DNA from: Tubulanus polymorphus
Lineage: Eukaryota > Animalia > Nemertea
Assembly (NCBI RefSeq): GCF_964204645.1
Contig: NC_134027.1
Coordinates: forward strand, 7,348,485 to 7,412,484
Direction: 5' to 3'
Length of the DNA: 64,000 nt
The translations under genes and the position numbers were made by a program. Every line of letters begins with the position of its first letter. Position 1 is the stretch's first letter. Below, one piece after another: positions 1 through 14,600 of this stretch. Under the pieces are notes generated by a model. It ran no database searches and had not been told where the DNA came from. It saw only the letters and a list, made by a program, of their open reading frames with translations.

Positions 1-122
1 GGCAACTGATACCCATAAGATACTTGTAGGTTGAAATAGAAATACCGGTAGATGTATAAAGATATACAGGCTAAAAAGGGCTTGTTTGATTACTCATTGT
101 TACTGTATTACATGTATTTCAG

Positions 123-3238
<3,116 letters not shown>

Positions 3239-4085
3239 ACAGTTCATATGGTACATACATTATTAATTGTCATAATAGCTAGATGCTCATTGCTTCGTAT
3301 TAAAAAGTCACATTATTGGCTAGCATGTCTTAACGGGTAGTTCTGTTGTAGATGATTCTTTTTTCGTTTTTTTCTCTTTAACCATTGAAATTCTATTGTG
3401 AACATAAAAATTACTATATTGAATGGACAACCACAAATGGTCCGGGGACATTATATGTGGTCTCGAAACGAGAAGAAAAACAAAATAATATTGCCTGAAT
3501 ATAGCGGTTACGTAATTGTTGAAAGTCCACATTCTACAGGTCTGCAAGTTTTCAGAATATGGTGGTGTTTTAACACCGCATGAGTCTTTAAGAAGTCTGT
3601 GGCATTATAGAATAAACAAATATGCTTAAACTAAGAAGATAAATGTTCAAGTAACGCACGGTCGTTTTAAGGCGACAGTATGCTGTGTTAAAAGATGCAC
3701 ATATTTGTAGACAGCATGACCAAGACTGTTGCTTCCTTTAATGAGGAAATCACATATATCTTTTTGGCTTAAGTTTGAAAACATGTCATGCAGAAACATA
3801 TTTTCTTAGGATAGGTGAAGATTCTTTTTTCTCTGTATTATTGTTTGCAGCAGCTAGTGTGGTGTATATTTTTCCCCCGAGATATTGCTTAAATTTGGTC
3901 TTCATTTTTTTGCACTTTGCTATTTTATCCATCTTGTTTATAGTCATAAAAGGCAAAATGATTTGGGCTTACATTAATATAGTATTTATTCTTACAAAAG
4001 CTTTTACGATTATCAAAATAAATGCCATCTTGAATGTTTAGATAGCGATAGTGTTGAGAATAATATTTACTGTAATATATTTTAG

Positions 4086-4365
4086 AAGGAAGTCAAGCGG
4101 TTACATCTGAGTCAACATCAACTTCCAATCCCAGTAAGTTAATGAATTGTGCAAATAATTCTCGTTTTCTAGCTCTAGTGAATAAGTAGCCTAATTTGAT
4201 TTAATTTTGTCAATATCTTTAGGTCAAGGTGAAAGTGCTGCGTCAACGTCATCAGTGCCTGCTCCACCCCAACCACCACCAAGTTCAGGACCTCCACCAC
4301 CGCCACCACCGCCGCCACCGCCGCCGCCGCCACCACCTCCACCAATTCCACCTCCTTCATACTAA
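4086..4365 (+). CDS. WASHC4: Distal alternative terminal exons of WASHC4 (4086-4133, 4223-4365) encoding a Ser-rich linker and an 18-Pro run
   Basis: Both exons have AG acceptors and the first has a GT donor. They are phase-1 compatible with the donor at 3058/3059 and stay open to TAA 4363-4365. AATAAA follows near 4697. Confidence 0.75.
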
Positions 4366-5408
4366 GAGTAACAATATACAGGCATGATGAAATTATATTC
4401 CATGAAGTAGTAATTTTATCAAGATAAATTTCAAATTGTTAAAAATGCATTGTAATTTGTTTGAAGACGCGATATAAGTATGAATTTTCTGATAACCTTG
4501 TGTAGTTAGGTTTTGCCTCAATGATTTTGGAATACAGTCTGTTAATTGGAATCAACTATCAATAAGTAATTAGTACCGGTAGTGTTCTACTGAATTGGTA
4601 CTGCTACTTGGTAATCATATACTGTATAGTCATATATGGCTTTTCATATAATATATTACTGTTGTGTATCGATCATAGTTTATTACCATTTGTATAAATA
4701 AAACATAAACAATCGTATAAATCATATTTATTCTTTCGCTTCGTCTTTTTTTAGACATAGTGTCTTAATTGAAGTAAATAATTTACCTTGCCCATTGTTC
4801 TTGAGAAAGCATTGATCTGTTGATACAGTAGACCGTAGTAGTTTCTTACTCCAAACTATTGTGGCCTCCCTGCAACGACTGCATTAGAATCTTTGCACCA
4901 CAGGGAATAATTCGATTGACAGGTCAAGCAGAGTCTATTGTAGCAATAGTCAAGATTTTATCATCTTTATACAATGGAACCTCGTAATGACAAACCGGTA
5001 CCTATATGATTCACGAGACATAAAAATCCGAGAATTCATCCTAAGACTATTTGATCTCATACCGGATACTGACAACACATAGGTTAGAAAGAACAGATTT
5101 CCTGGGCGCCCCAAGTTGGAGGTTTCACTGTACTTTTTTATGGTCAACACACAAACCTCTAGAATCCATTTCAAATCTAAGTCCTTTGATCCCTTCAATT
5201 ATTTTGCCTGTCAGTAGTCAAATTAAAACTCTGTCTAGAATCATTTTTCCGATACCTCTGTATGATAGATGGATAGAAAAGAATAGAAGCTTCATATTCT
5301 TCAGTGCTTGGAAGACTCCCAAGATTTTTATTTATGAATACATTGACGCATTTTACAACATCAAATTAATAGATACAAAATATTTGTTACGATATGACAT
5401 ACTGCTAG

Positions 5409-8187
5409 CTAATAGTACTGTTGGTAATCTTGTCTCTGTACAGGGGGAGGGTTAGCCACATTTGCCGGGGGTTGAACTCTCGATTGTGGCCCAGCATTTG
5501 GCCAATGCGCCCTTGGACTCTGCTGCCCGGGCGATGGAAAGCGAGGTGACATTGTCGATTCTTCATAAGTTGTATGAGGGCTAGCATATCGTTGTGGAGG
5601 CCCCATTGATTGCGGGGGCTGCATGGTCATTGGCGAGACAGCATAAGCAGAGTTCGAATAAGCCGCTGATGGTACCTGCATCTGCGGTTGACCGTGGCTG
5701 ACTTGAGGTGGGGGATAATGATGTTGTCCGGCTATCGGCGGGGGTACATGCGACGCAAATGATGCTACTGGGTAACCGCTGACAACCTGTTGCTGGTAAC
5801 CACTATTCTCGTCCTGTATCTGTACGGTGATTAGATTAGTTCGACCGGCTGTGATTGCTGTACCTCCCGGACGATAATCCGGCTGGGCAGTTACTGCATG
5901 TTGCTGTGGCACTGGTGCAGCTGTTTGTTGGTGATGCATATAAACCACCTCCTGCGGTTGGTATTGCCCTTGCGGGGCAACGACGGGCTGCTGTTGAGGT
6001 TGAACAATCGTATTCATCGCTTCACGATGTGTAAAATCTTGATGCTGCTGGATTTGTGCAGGTGTTTGTTGTTGAGGCGGGGCTTGTTTCATCGGTTTTT
6101 GTTCGGGCCGCCTCGCCGAAACTGATGCCAAATGTCGATGGTTTACGTGCGCTTGTAAGTCTCTCTGCGATAAATACGTTCGTCTACATCCTTCCAGGTC
6201 GTGTTTACTGGTTCCACCCCATGTACATATAAACACAGTACCTAATGCTGATTGTTCTACGCGCATAACCGGATCGTCACATCTGCAAAAATAGAAGCAG
6301 AATCATAATGGACCAGTTATTCTGCAAGAAGGATTATTACGAGACCGAATAGTAGATTAGTTAACACTCAAATGAGGATAATAGAATCAAAACCGACTTT
6401 ATATAAAGATTAGTAAATAGTGGGGTTTTAAATCTATTACCAGAATGTCTGATCATTCATATTGATAGCCATCCTCCCTCGGCCAGATGGCAATGAGACT
6501 GCCATGTTAGCACCCGGTCGTCTAGTGTGGCTGGTTTTCATGCTGTGGCTAAGTTTAGCGACGCAATCTGGTTTGAAACCCTGCCACCCTAGACCGGGTG
6601 TGCACCCGGTCGTCTAGTGTGGCTGGTTTTCGTAACATGGCAGTCTCATTGCCATCTGGTTCTATCCCTGCTGGAGGACGATTGATAACATGGTACGGCG
6701 AAAATTACCTCATACACTTTTTTCCCATCTTCCTTGCACAGTTCAAACAAAACACATGTTTACATGGGATCTGCAAAGAAAATCATTGCATTTTACGAAC
6801 AACTGACTCGACTTAGTTTTTCATAATTTATTCATGTGATTATTTGATCATTGATAAAACCATATACTGACCATTCGACCATAGATCAGTATCGGAAGAC
6901 GACATTTGTCACAGCTGTGGATCAATGGATCAACTACTTTCTCACCGATTAAATTCACCTGAAAGTGATGAATAGAAATAATAACTTAAATAACAGCTCA
7001 AGCACCATGTGATTGAATTAACACTGAATCTGTCATAGATTTTACATTTACATTTACATAGCACACTGCATGTTTATTTTACCTTATGTCTCCAGACAAG
7101 TTTCTGACGTGAATGGTGCCAGTTATCAATGATTTTTGGATCAATTACTTCTGAAAAAATACAATAAATGGTTAACCATTGGCATTGGCATTGCCATTAA
7201 TACCTATCAACGTTACCTATCATTCTAGCAAGTAAGAACAGTCACAGGGGTTCTATATAAAATCACAAGGGATGAAACGCCAGGCCTCCGCTGTAATTAA
7301 ATTTTCAGCCAGAAAGTTGGGACAGTCACGTATCATAGTTTCCTTCTTAGATGCTTCAGGTTCGCATTCAGTCAAATAAGAAGCGTTAAGTCATGTGACT
7401 GTCCCAGCTTTCTGGCTGGCACGACTTGAAGGTGTTTCATCCCTTTTGATTTCATATAGTAAAGCGACCAATTGTTTATCAGAACTTTATAGCGGATAAA
7501 TAAACAATATAAACACAAGGCATATCCGTGATATTTTGAATTTATTCACAGTTCATATTTAGCGCCATTCTCCGGTCATCCTTATTACCGAGATGACGTA
7601 TTTTACCGAGATGACATGAAATAGGCCTATAGCATATTTATAGATTTCTTATCGATTTTAACACTTTAAATCATATTATATCAGTAATAAATGCCTGCTG
7701 GAGTCATATTTTACATATTTTGTCGGATATTTTTGTAGAAAAATAACTTTTAACTTTACCGAGATGAGATCGTTGATCAATCAAATTCAATGAAATGTTA
7801 TTGCTAACCGAGATTACGTATTTGAAGTCAAAATTTATTTTACAAAATATCCGGAAAAATATGACTCTAGATTACGTCTCTAGATTAGAAGGCATTTATT
7901 ACTGATATAATATGATTTCAAATGTTAAAATCAATAAGGAGTAAATAAATATGCTATATTTCATGTCATCTCGGTTGATCTCGGTAAATTACGTCATCTC
8001 GGTAATAAGGAGGACCCCCATTCTCGCGAGATTATCAACAACCCGGAAATAAAATCCAAGCCCATCGCCAAACCCCTGTGAGAACAGTGTGAAAGAAAAA
8101 TGTCGGCCGACTCATTCAATTCAAGGTGAATTGCTCATCTCATTTCTATATCATACCTCTTTTCTTAGAGTCCAAGTTATCGTCCAT
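5409..8187 (-). CDS. CBLL1: E3 ubiquitin ligase Hakai (m6A writer-associated)
   Basis: Exons 8157-8187 ([10 protein letters not shown]), 7083-7150, ~6872-6958 ([29 protein letters not shown]), ~6709-6771 ([12 protein letters not shown]) and 5409-~6282 ([19 protein letters not shown] plus Gln/Pro tail): RING and C2H2 HYB domain. Confidence 0.95.
6483..6659. repeat. Small foldback element in a CBLL1 intron
   Basis: Perfect 27-bp inverted repeat (6483-6509 / 6633-6659) enclosing two identical 30-bp direct repeats (6510-6539, 6602-6631) and a partial inverted copy. Confidence 0.8.
7253..7459. mobile_element. MITE-like palindromic element in CBLL1 intron 1
   Basis: ctatataaaatcacaagggatgaaacgcc ... 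ggtgtttcatcccttttgatttcatatag, plus inner IR cagccagaaagttgggacagtcac / gtgactgtcccagctttctggctg. Confidence 0.75.
7573..8017. mobile_element. ~445-bp foldback MITE with 8-bp TSD
   Basis: Near-whole-length inverted repeat with repeated taccgagat units; TSD ccattctc at 7565-7572 and 8018-8025. Confidence 0.9.
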
Positions 8188-9380
8188 ATTTATTAGAGGA
8201 GAGGCAAGACTCGGACTGACTCGAGAGGAGAGGTCGGTCGGAGGGAGGAGGAGTATATCCAACCAAACGATGATCTGGTGTCTTGAACGAAGGAGGTCGT
8301 GAGATTGTTAAATGTTGATGTGGACGGTGCCAGTCCCTGCCTGGTGGCGTGGGAGAATCAATTATTTACAGCTCAAGCTGAATATCGCGAAAAGTACCAT
8401 AAAAAACTCAATAAGTGAATAAATTGAAAATTAGCTGAAAATGAATAATTTGCACAAAGAATATTTTGTTGAATGCAGATCTAATTATTTTCGTTTTTCG
8501 ATGAATACAAATTCAAATTGAAATACCGGTACTTAATTGATACCGAAAATAGGCGGTGGGTCGGTCCGGCACCCACATGCATAACTAAACATTAAATGGG
8601 TTCGATGATTGACTTGACTTAATCATCTGTCGCACCTGTATTGGCTTAAACGGCTTATCTTGAGCAAATAGCTGAGGTGACATCTTGATAGACATAACTC
8701 GGTGCCAAAGGCCGGTTACGTCCACCGCCTGTATTGGCGGCGGTGCCATCTTCATTGTTCATTACATGTATTTCGCACCGAATTTCACGGCATTATTCCT
8801 ATGAAATGCTGACTTTATTGGTCAGACGTCTAAACAGTACTATAATAGTATAGTATACTATAGTACATTCTATTTTGTTTTTTAAAAATACTTAGAAAGC
8901 CACGCCCGCGGCCATCGAGTCTCCGGCCTCGCCAAAGGCTACCGATTCTATATTTCGCATTTTTCGCCATCGAGCATGAAAAAATATACTTAGCAAGATT
9001 TCAATAAAATTCGTCGAAAATTCTATTCTTTAAGAACGAGTTTTCACCTTCGAATTTAGTTCCATTTTTATCAAATGCAGAAATGGTGAGGTTCACAATA
9101 GTTGTTAGTGACATGAATACCTTTGGTAAAATTGGATATGATTAATTTCATGAGTTATACTTGAGTTTCACATCCCGACAAAAGAGAGTATTTGATTTGT
9201 AGACGTATATTGTGTCATGAACCCGGTGAAAGTTATAGAACTAGAACAAATGAAATTCTGTTTCCAAGAATCGGTATGTACATTATACTATATAATTGTG
9301 ACAAGTTTTAAAGTTTGTGTGCCCTTCTACGCCAACAGGCCTTTTGAAGTCAAGATCTTCCATATCCTAAGATTTCCAAC

Positions 9381-10664
9381 ATGTCATCGATGTTGAAGGT
9401 TGGTTTTGTCGGTGCAGGTCGCGCTAATTTTGGTCCCTCTCGTCCTTGGTGCCACGCCTCCAAGGTAGAAAAGTATATCAGAGATGTCACGGTGATTGGT
9501 ATAGTGGATATAGATACGACCAAAGCAGAATCTGTGCTGCAAACGAGGCGCTCTTCAGAAGAGTTCGGGCATCTTTACGGAAACTGCGAAGTTTTGGCCG
9601 ATTACATGCAGTTGATAGCTCTACGCCCCGATGTCGTCATCATTGGAGTTCCACCGGGTGTCCGAGGTTCGTTTACAGACGGCAGAGATATGGAACTTCA
9701 ATTCGTAATGGCAGGAATTCATATTCTCGTCGAGAAACCGTTATCAACGTCGTCTCCGGAACATTTTCAAGAATACGCCAGGGCGGTTACGACTGAGGCC
9801 GAAAAACGCAATGTGATGGTATCCGTTGGATATGTATTCAGGTAGGTTCTGTAGACTAGACGGAAGTGCCCTAGAAGGTCGCTTTTTCCAGAAGTGTCGA
9901 AGTAAGTCTATATTGCTCCATGGGAGCTCATTACTCCAATTTTAGGAAGTACACGTGTGATGTTTTATTTATTCCATCGCAGGTATCACCCCGCGATAGA
10001 AAAAATGAATGAGATGATTAAACAACACGGTGGAAAAGTGATGGCATTCAATGTTAGGTTTTATATCGCTCATGCAGATGCTGTTAACAAGTCCCGATTT
10101 AACGCTCAATTGTTCGGCGGACCATTATGTGAAGAGGCGACACACTTTTTTGATTTGGCGCGCTATTTGACCGAAAGCGAAATAGACCATTCGTCTATTC
10201 AATGTCTGACGGTCAAGGATACAGACCGAAATGGAGCTGGAAAACTTGCAAATTTGCCAAGTGGTACGGAAGATGGCATACCATTTGAGAAAAGAATTCC
10301 ACGAGTTACCGTTGCCCAATGGCGGTTCAAAGATGCCGGAGTAGGGACGTTAATGCTTTCATTGGCGTTGCCTGGATGTCGCCTTGAGACGTACATGGAC
10401 GTTCAACTTGATGGTTTAAGTTTCTCCATTAGCAGGCCGTATGCGGAGTTGCGTGTTCGAAGCCAGATAGACGAAGACCCTGACGCTGCCGTGATTTCTT
10501 CATACGATACAACGGCTGAAGCTGATATGTACCGGAAACAGTTACAGGCGTTTTTCGAAGCTGTACGAACCAATAACCCGACGTTAATTCGAAGTCACTA
10601 TTCAGATTCTGCGAAAACCTTTGAATTTACCAAGGTCGTCAGTGAAGCTGGTGAACGCAATTGA
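9381..10664 (+). CDS. Gfo/Idh/MocA-family NAD(P)-dependent oxidoreductase, 2 exons (9381-9841, 9983-10664)
   Basis: Rossmann start LKVGFVGAG, HILVEKPLS motif, VSVGYVFRYHPA across the GT-AG intron, and GGPLCEEATHFFDL. Confidence 0.9.
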
Positions 10665-11399
10665 AAAATACAGAATTCTCTATTACAGTTTAACCCCGTT
10701 AATACGGTCCTGTTTAAGTCGAAACCCATTCATTATGAAACTAGTTTGTAAAGTAATGAAAGTGCTAGTACACAAATTTGCAATAATTTGGCATTACATA
10801 AACTGAAAATTCATATTCTGATCAACATTCAAATAGATTTTAACAGAAAAACAATGTTTTTATATAAAATTAATATATAAAATATACATGTATGTAGCCT
10901 TATTCCAGTACGGTATCGAAGAAACTAGTGCGATTTCCGAAAAACGACTGTACTATTATTTGATGTCAATTTTAGATCGTAATCTCCAATAGCATTCACA
11001 GACTGGCCAAAAATATACATTTTTGTAAAGAATGAATTACGGTGTATTATTGGGATATTATAATACCGTACTGGCTGATTTCATCCAACCTAATCATCAT
11101 GTATATGTACAGTTCTAATGAGATTTTAACCCTAGAATTCTTAGATAGGCACGACAATCTGCTTTTGTGTGCGGTTGTAGATGGTCCTCAGTCCTAATGC
11201 TTACACGACTAAACCAATCGGAATAAACACAATTCATGTAAAATTCATAGTAATTGTCAATTTATTTTTTCTTTCCGATTTCATGACAAAAATGTGTGTG
11301 GAATATTGTAAAAAGCCTTAAATAACCATCACAGTACTGTGATTATCAATATTTGTATCTATAATGATGCAAATACTGCTTCGACCTTTACATGACATT

Positions 11400-11661
11400 T
11401 TGCAATTGCATATGATATTTTTTGTCCTCTCATGTATCATGTATCGCATGATTTTATTCATCCGTCGAATCGAGTTTTCTCACTATATCATCCAGTCGTT
11501 TAAGTTCATCAAAAAAAAAAACAATGACATCTGGTTGAGTGGTTATCTTTGACGGAAAATGCTTTGTCGTCAAAGAACTGCCAATTGTGCTCGAGCTAAC
11601 CATATTATGGAGCGCCCTGGATACACTAGTGGTGAAAATGCTGCCTTAATAACGATGCGTT
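11400..11661 (+). repeat. Dispersed repeat, copy 1 (copy 2 at ~48745-48937)
   Basis: Shared blocks tctcatgtatcatgtatcgcatgat, gtcgaatc(g/a)agttttctcactatc and agtggtgaa..tgctg..ataacgat. Confidence 0.75.
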
Positions 11662-11676
11662 ATAAGTACACTGTTG

Positions 11677-14600
11677 CTATTTCAGCTTGATATCTCTGTA
11701 AAACGAAACAAGAATCAAAGGTGAAGTTTCTTCAAAATTTGTGTGCATCCCAGATATAATTGAACAAATATGTAATAAGGTATACAAATTAAATTTAGAC
11801 ACAACAGGGAGGGGAAGTCATAAAACAAATGTACAGTCAACCCCTGATATACCGCCCACATCGGTGCAGAACGATTTTGGCGGTATAGAGAGTATGGGGT
11901 ATAGCGGGGGTGGTTTACTACCGGTATGTATTTGTATAGAGATGTACATTGAGAAAACCTGGCGGTAAGCAGGGGTAAATGGGAGGGCAGTATATCGGGG
12001 GTTCACTGTACGTAGAACATGATGAAATTCTAACATTCCATAAAAATTAAAGAAAATCTTACCCACTGTCTTCATTGAGATGAATGTACAATTGAGCCTG
12101 GTTTGTCAAACTCTCAGCTCTTCCGGCAAACTCTGCATGTCGTTGAGAATGTAAGGTGTTCATTTTATTTTTCCATATAGATAACAATGATTGTGAACCT
12201 GTAATGATATAAGGCACCAAATGATAATAAGAAAATGATTAAATAATTAAATCGATCCACACAAAATATTTTGGCAGTTTTTGTATCTAGTCTAGTGCCT
12301 ATGAAAACATGGTAATCCTTGATTGAGAAATTTCATATTATCATTCACAAGATTAGGGAATCTATGTTCTCCACAAAATGCACATTTTGAATTAAATGGT
12401 ATTTGAACACTCACCAATTTTACCTATGCTTGTAAAGCTCTTCTTGAACTTCTTAGGTGGTGGTTCTTCTTTCACTTTTGCAACTTCATTCTGATCCTGT
12501 TTATCCTTTTCTAATGCCTTGCCATATCTACAAGTTTTAAGCAACATATATAAATATACGATAGATCCTTCTACATCATCAAACTTTCAAGTGCTACACT
12601 TTATTCATCGACAATTAAGTCAGGTAAAACAAAGCTAAGTCATAATTAATTTAATTTCATCATGGCAATGATCAAAATTCATAGTCTTTATGAATTTTTG
12701 CTATGATTTATATAGAAACAGCTTCTAACCTGTCCACTTCCTTCCAACTCACGCTTGTAGTGTCCATCTTTTCATCTTTAATTGTTTGTTTATCGTGATG
12801 AGCCTTTTTACTTCCAAGTTTAATTTCGTCTGGCTTTTTACATTCTAACAGACACTCAAGTACTTGTTGGTGTCCATCAGATGATTCAGCATGTGAACGA
12901 ATCAGCTGCTCCAATTCAGACCACATTTGACGATACTGTTCATCCCTGAAAAGAAGATTGAAATACCATGAAATACCAGTCTAGTTTCACAATGATTTCA
13001 GTAATATTTTCTAGATATAGACGCTTTAAATATAATCATTACTCATATCAAATATTAGCTTTCACAAACCTCTTTGGACCTTTGCCTCGTGCTCCAACTG
13101 TGGCCACTGGTAATGCTTCATTGCGACTCTCAGTACCAACGAGATGATATATAGCTTTTTTGCATTCTATGACGTCATCGTCTTCTAGCCTTTCTTTTGT
13201 TATAAATGAAGGCAATGGATCCAAATGCTGTAAATAACATTATGTCACATTGGCATTAAGCAAATTATCAGCTAGTAAAGACAGCATCAATTATGTAGTT
13301 GGATTGAGATTTGAATTACTATCTTAGCCTGAAGAGAAAGATCTGGAAATCCAACCCTGATTCGAACTTACTGATATCATGTTAAAGATTATAGTTTCAC
13401 TTATTGTCATAGGCCACATCCTTGTAGTTCGTTCCAACTGTCCTTTTGCTGAAATTTAGAAATTAAAATTCAAGAAACCATGGCAGTAAACAAATTGTCC
13501 AGGAGAAAAACAAATTTAAAAAACCAGCAACTTGTACACACAGCGTATTTTCTAGTCAAGCAAAGGAACTACTGGGTATTCAATAAATTGATAGGCTAAT
13601 AATCATATAGCACTGGTTGCCATGCTTCCTAAATGCACACCTCTATTCAAAGGCGATTCTTCCTGTTCATTGACATCGGTAGCTGGTGCCAGACGATTAT
13701 CCCGCATGTACTCTCCAAAATGCTGCAAAAAATTTATCAAAATTGATAAATATCCATTTTGACTTGGGAGAACCGATGACACTCTTTATACTTTAAAAGG
13801 TTTCAGTCTTTTATCCATTTATTTGACATACATTTATTCTATAATCAGTGACGCGGCCACCACAGCCTTCACTAATGGAGGGAGGATCTTCAAGTATCGA
13901 TCGAGATGTTGACAATACATGGATGTATATTTCACCACCGTGACTAGCGAGCATATGAGACATCACCTTCAGACCAGATTTACGCGGTTGTTCTAGCATT
14001 ACCGCACGACCTGTTCATAAAAGATATCATAAACTGAAATTATACCACATGCATCGCTATTTTTACTGTGTATGAGGTAAGCAACACCAGATACCTGAAC
14101 CAGTCCTTACCATTTAGAAGAAAATTGGTTAAACACAATGATGGTCTACCATTAACATCAACTGGTGTCACTCTGTAAGCACCGATACAATGATGAAGTT
14201 CTGCAACAAAAGTAAGTAAAATCTCATTTTAATGAAACCTGTATGATATGAATTTATTGTACAAGATGAAACCTTTGACAAAATTTGCATCAAATGAACT
14301 ATTTAAGCCCAGCCATGAAACAGTACTTTACCAGCAGTATTTGATTTCGGTGTACACCACTTCAGTGTCACTGTCTCAGGATTAAAACCATCCCTGGCAA
14401 TCATTGCTCCACCTTCTGCTGATCCACCTGAAATTGAGTAAATTGTTCATGAAGTATCTATCGTGAGAGGCTGAAAAACATTTCAATGACTATAAGATAA
14501 TGATTTCACGTGCCGCTTTGCTCAATGCAGACACAGATTAAACTTACCCTGAGTAAGTGTTCTCAGATAATCAGCCATTCCAGTTTTAATCATGTCATTG

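Noticed and set aside
6510-6631. 30-bp direct repeats as a mini CRISPR array
   Set aside because: Only two copies, inside a foldback element in a eukaryotic intron, with no cas genes.
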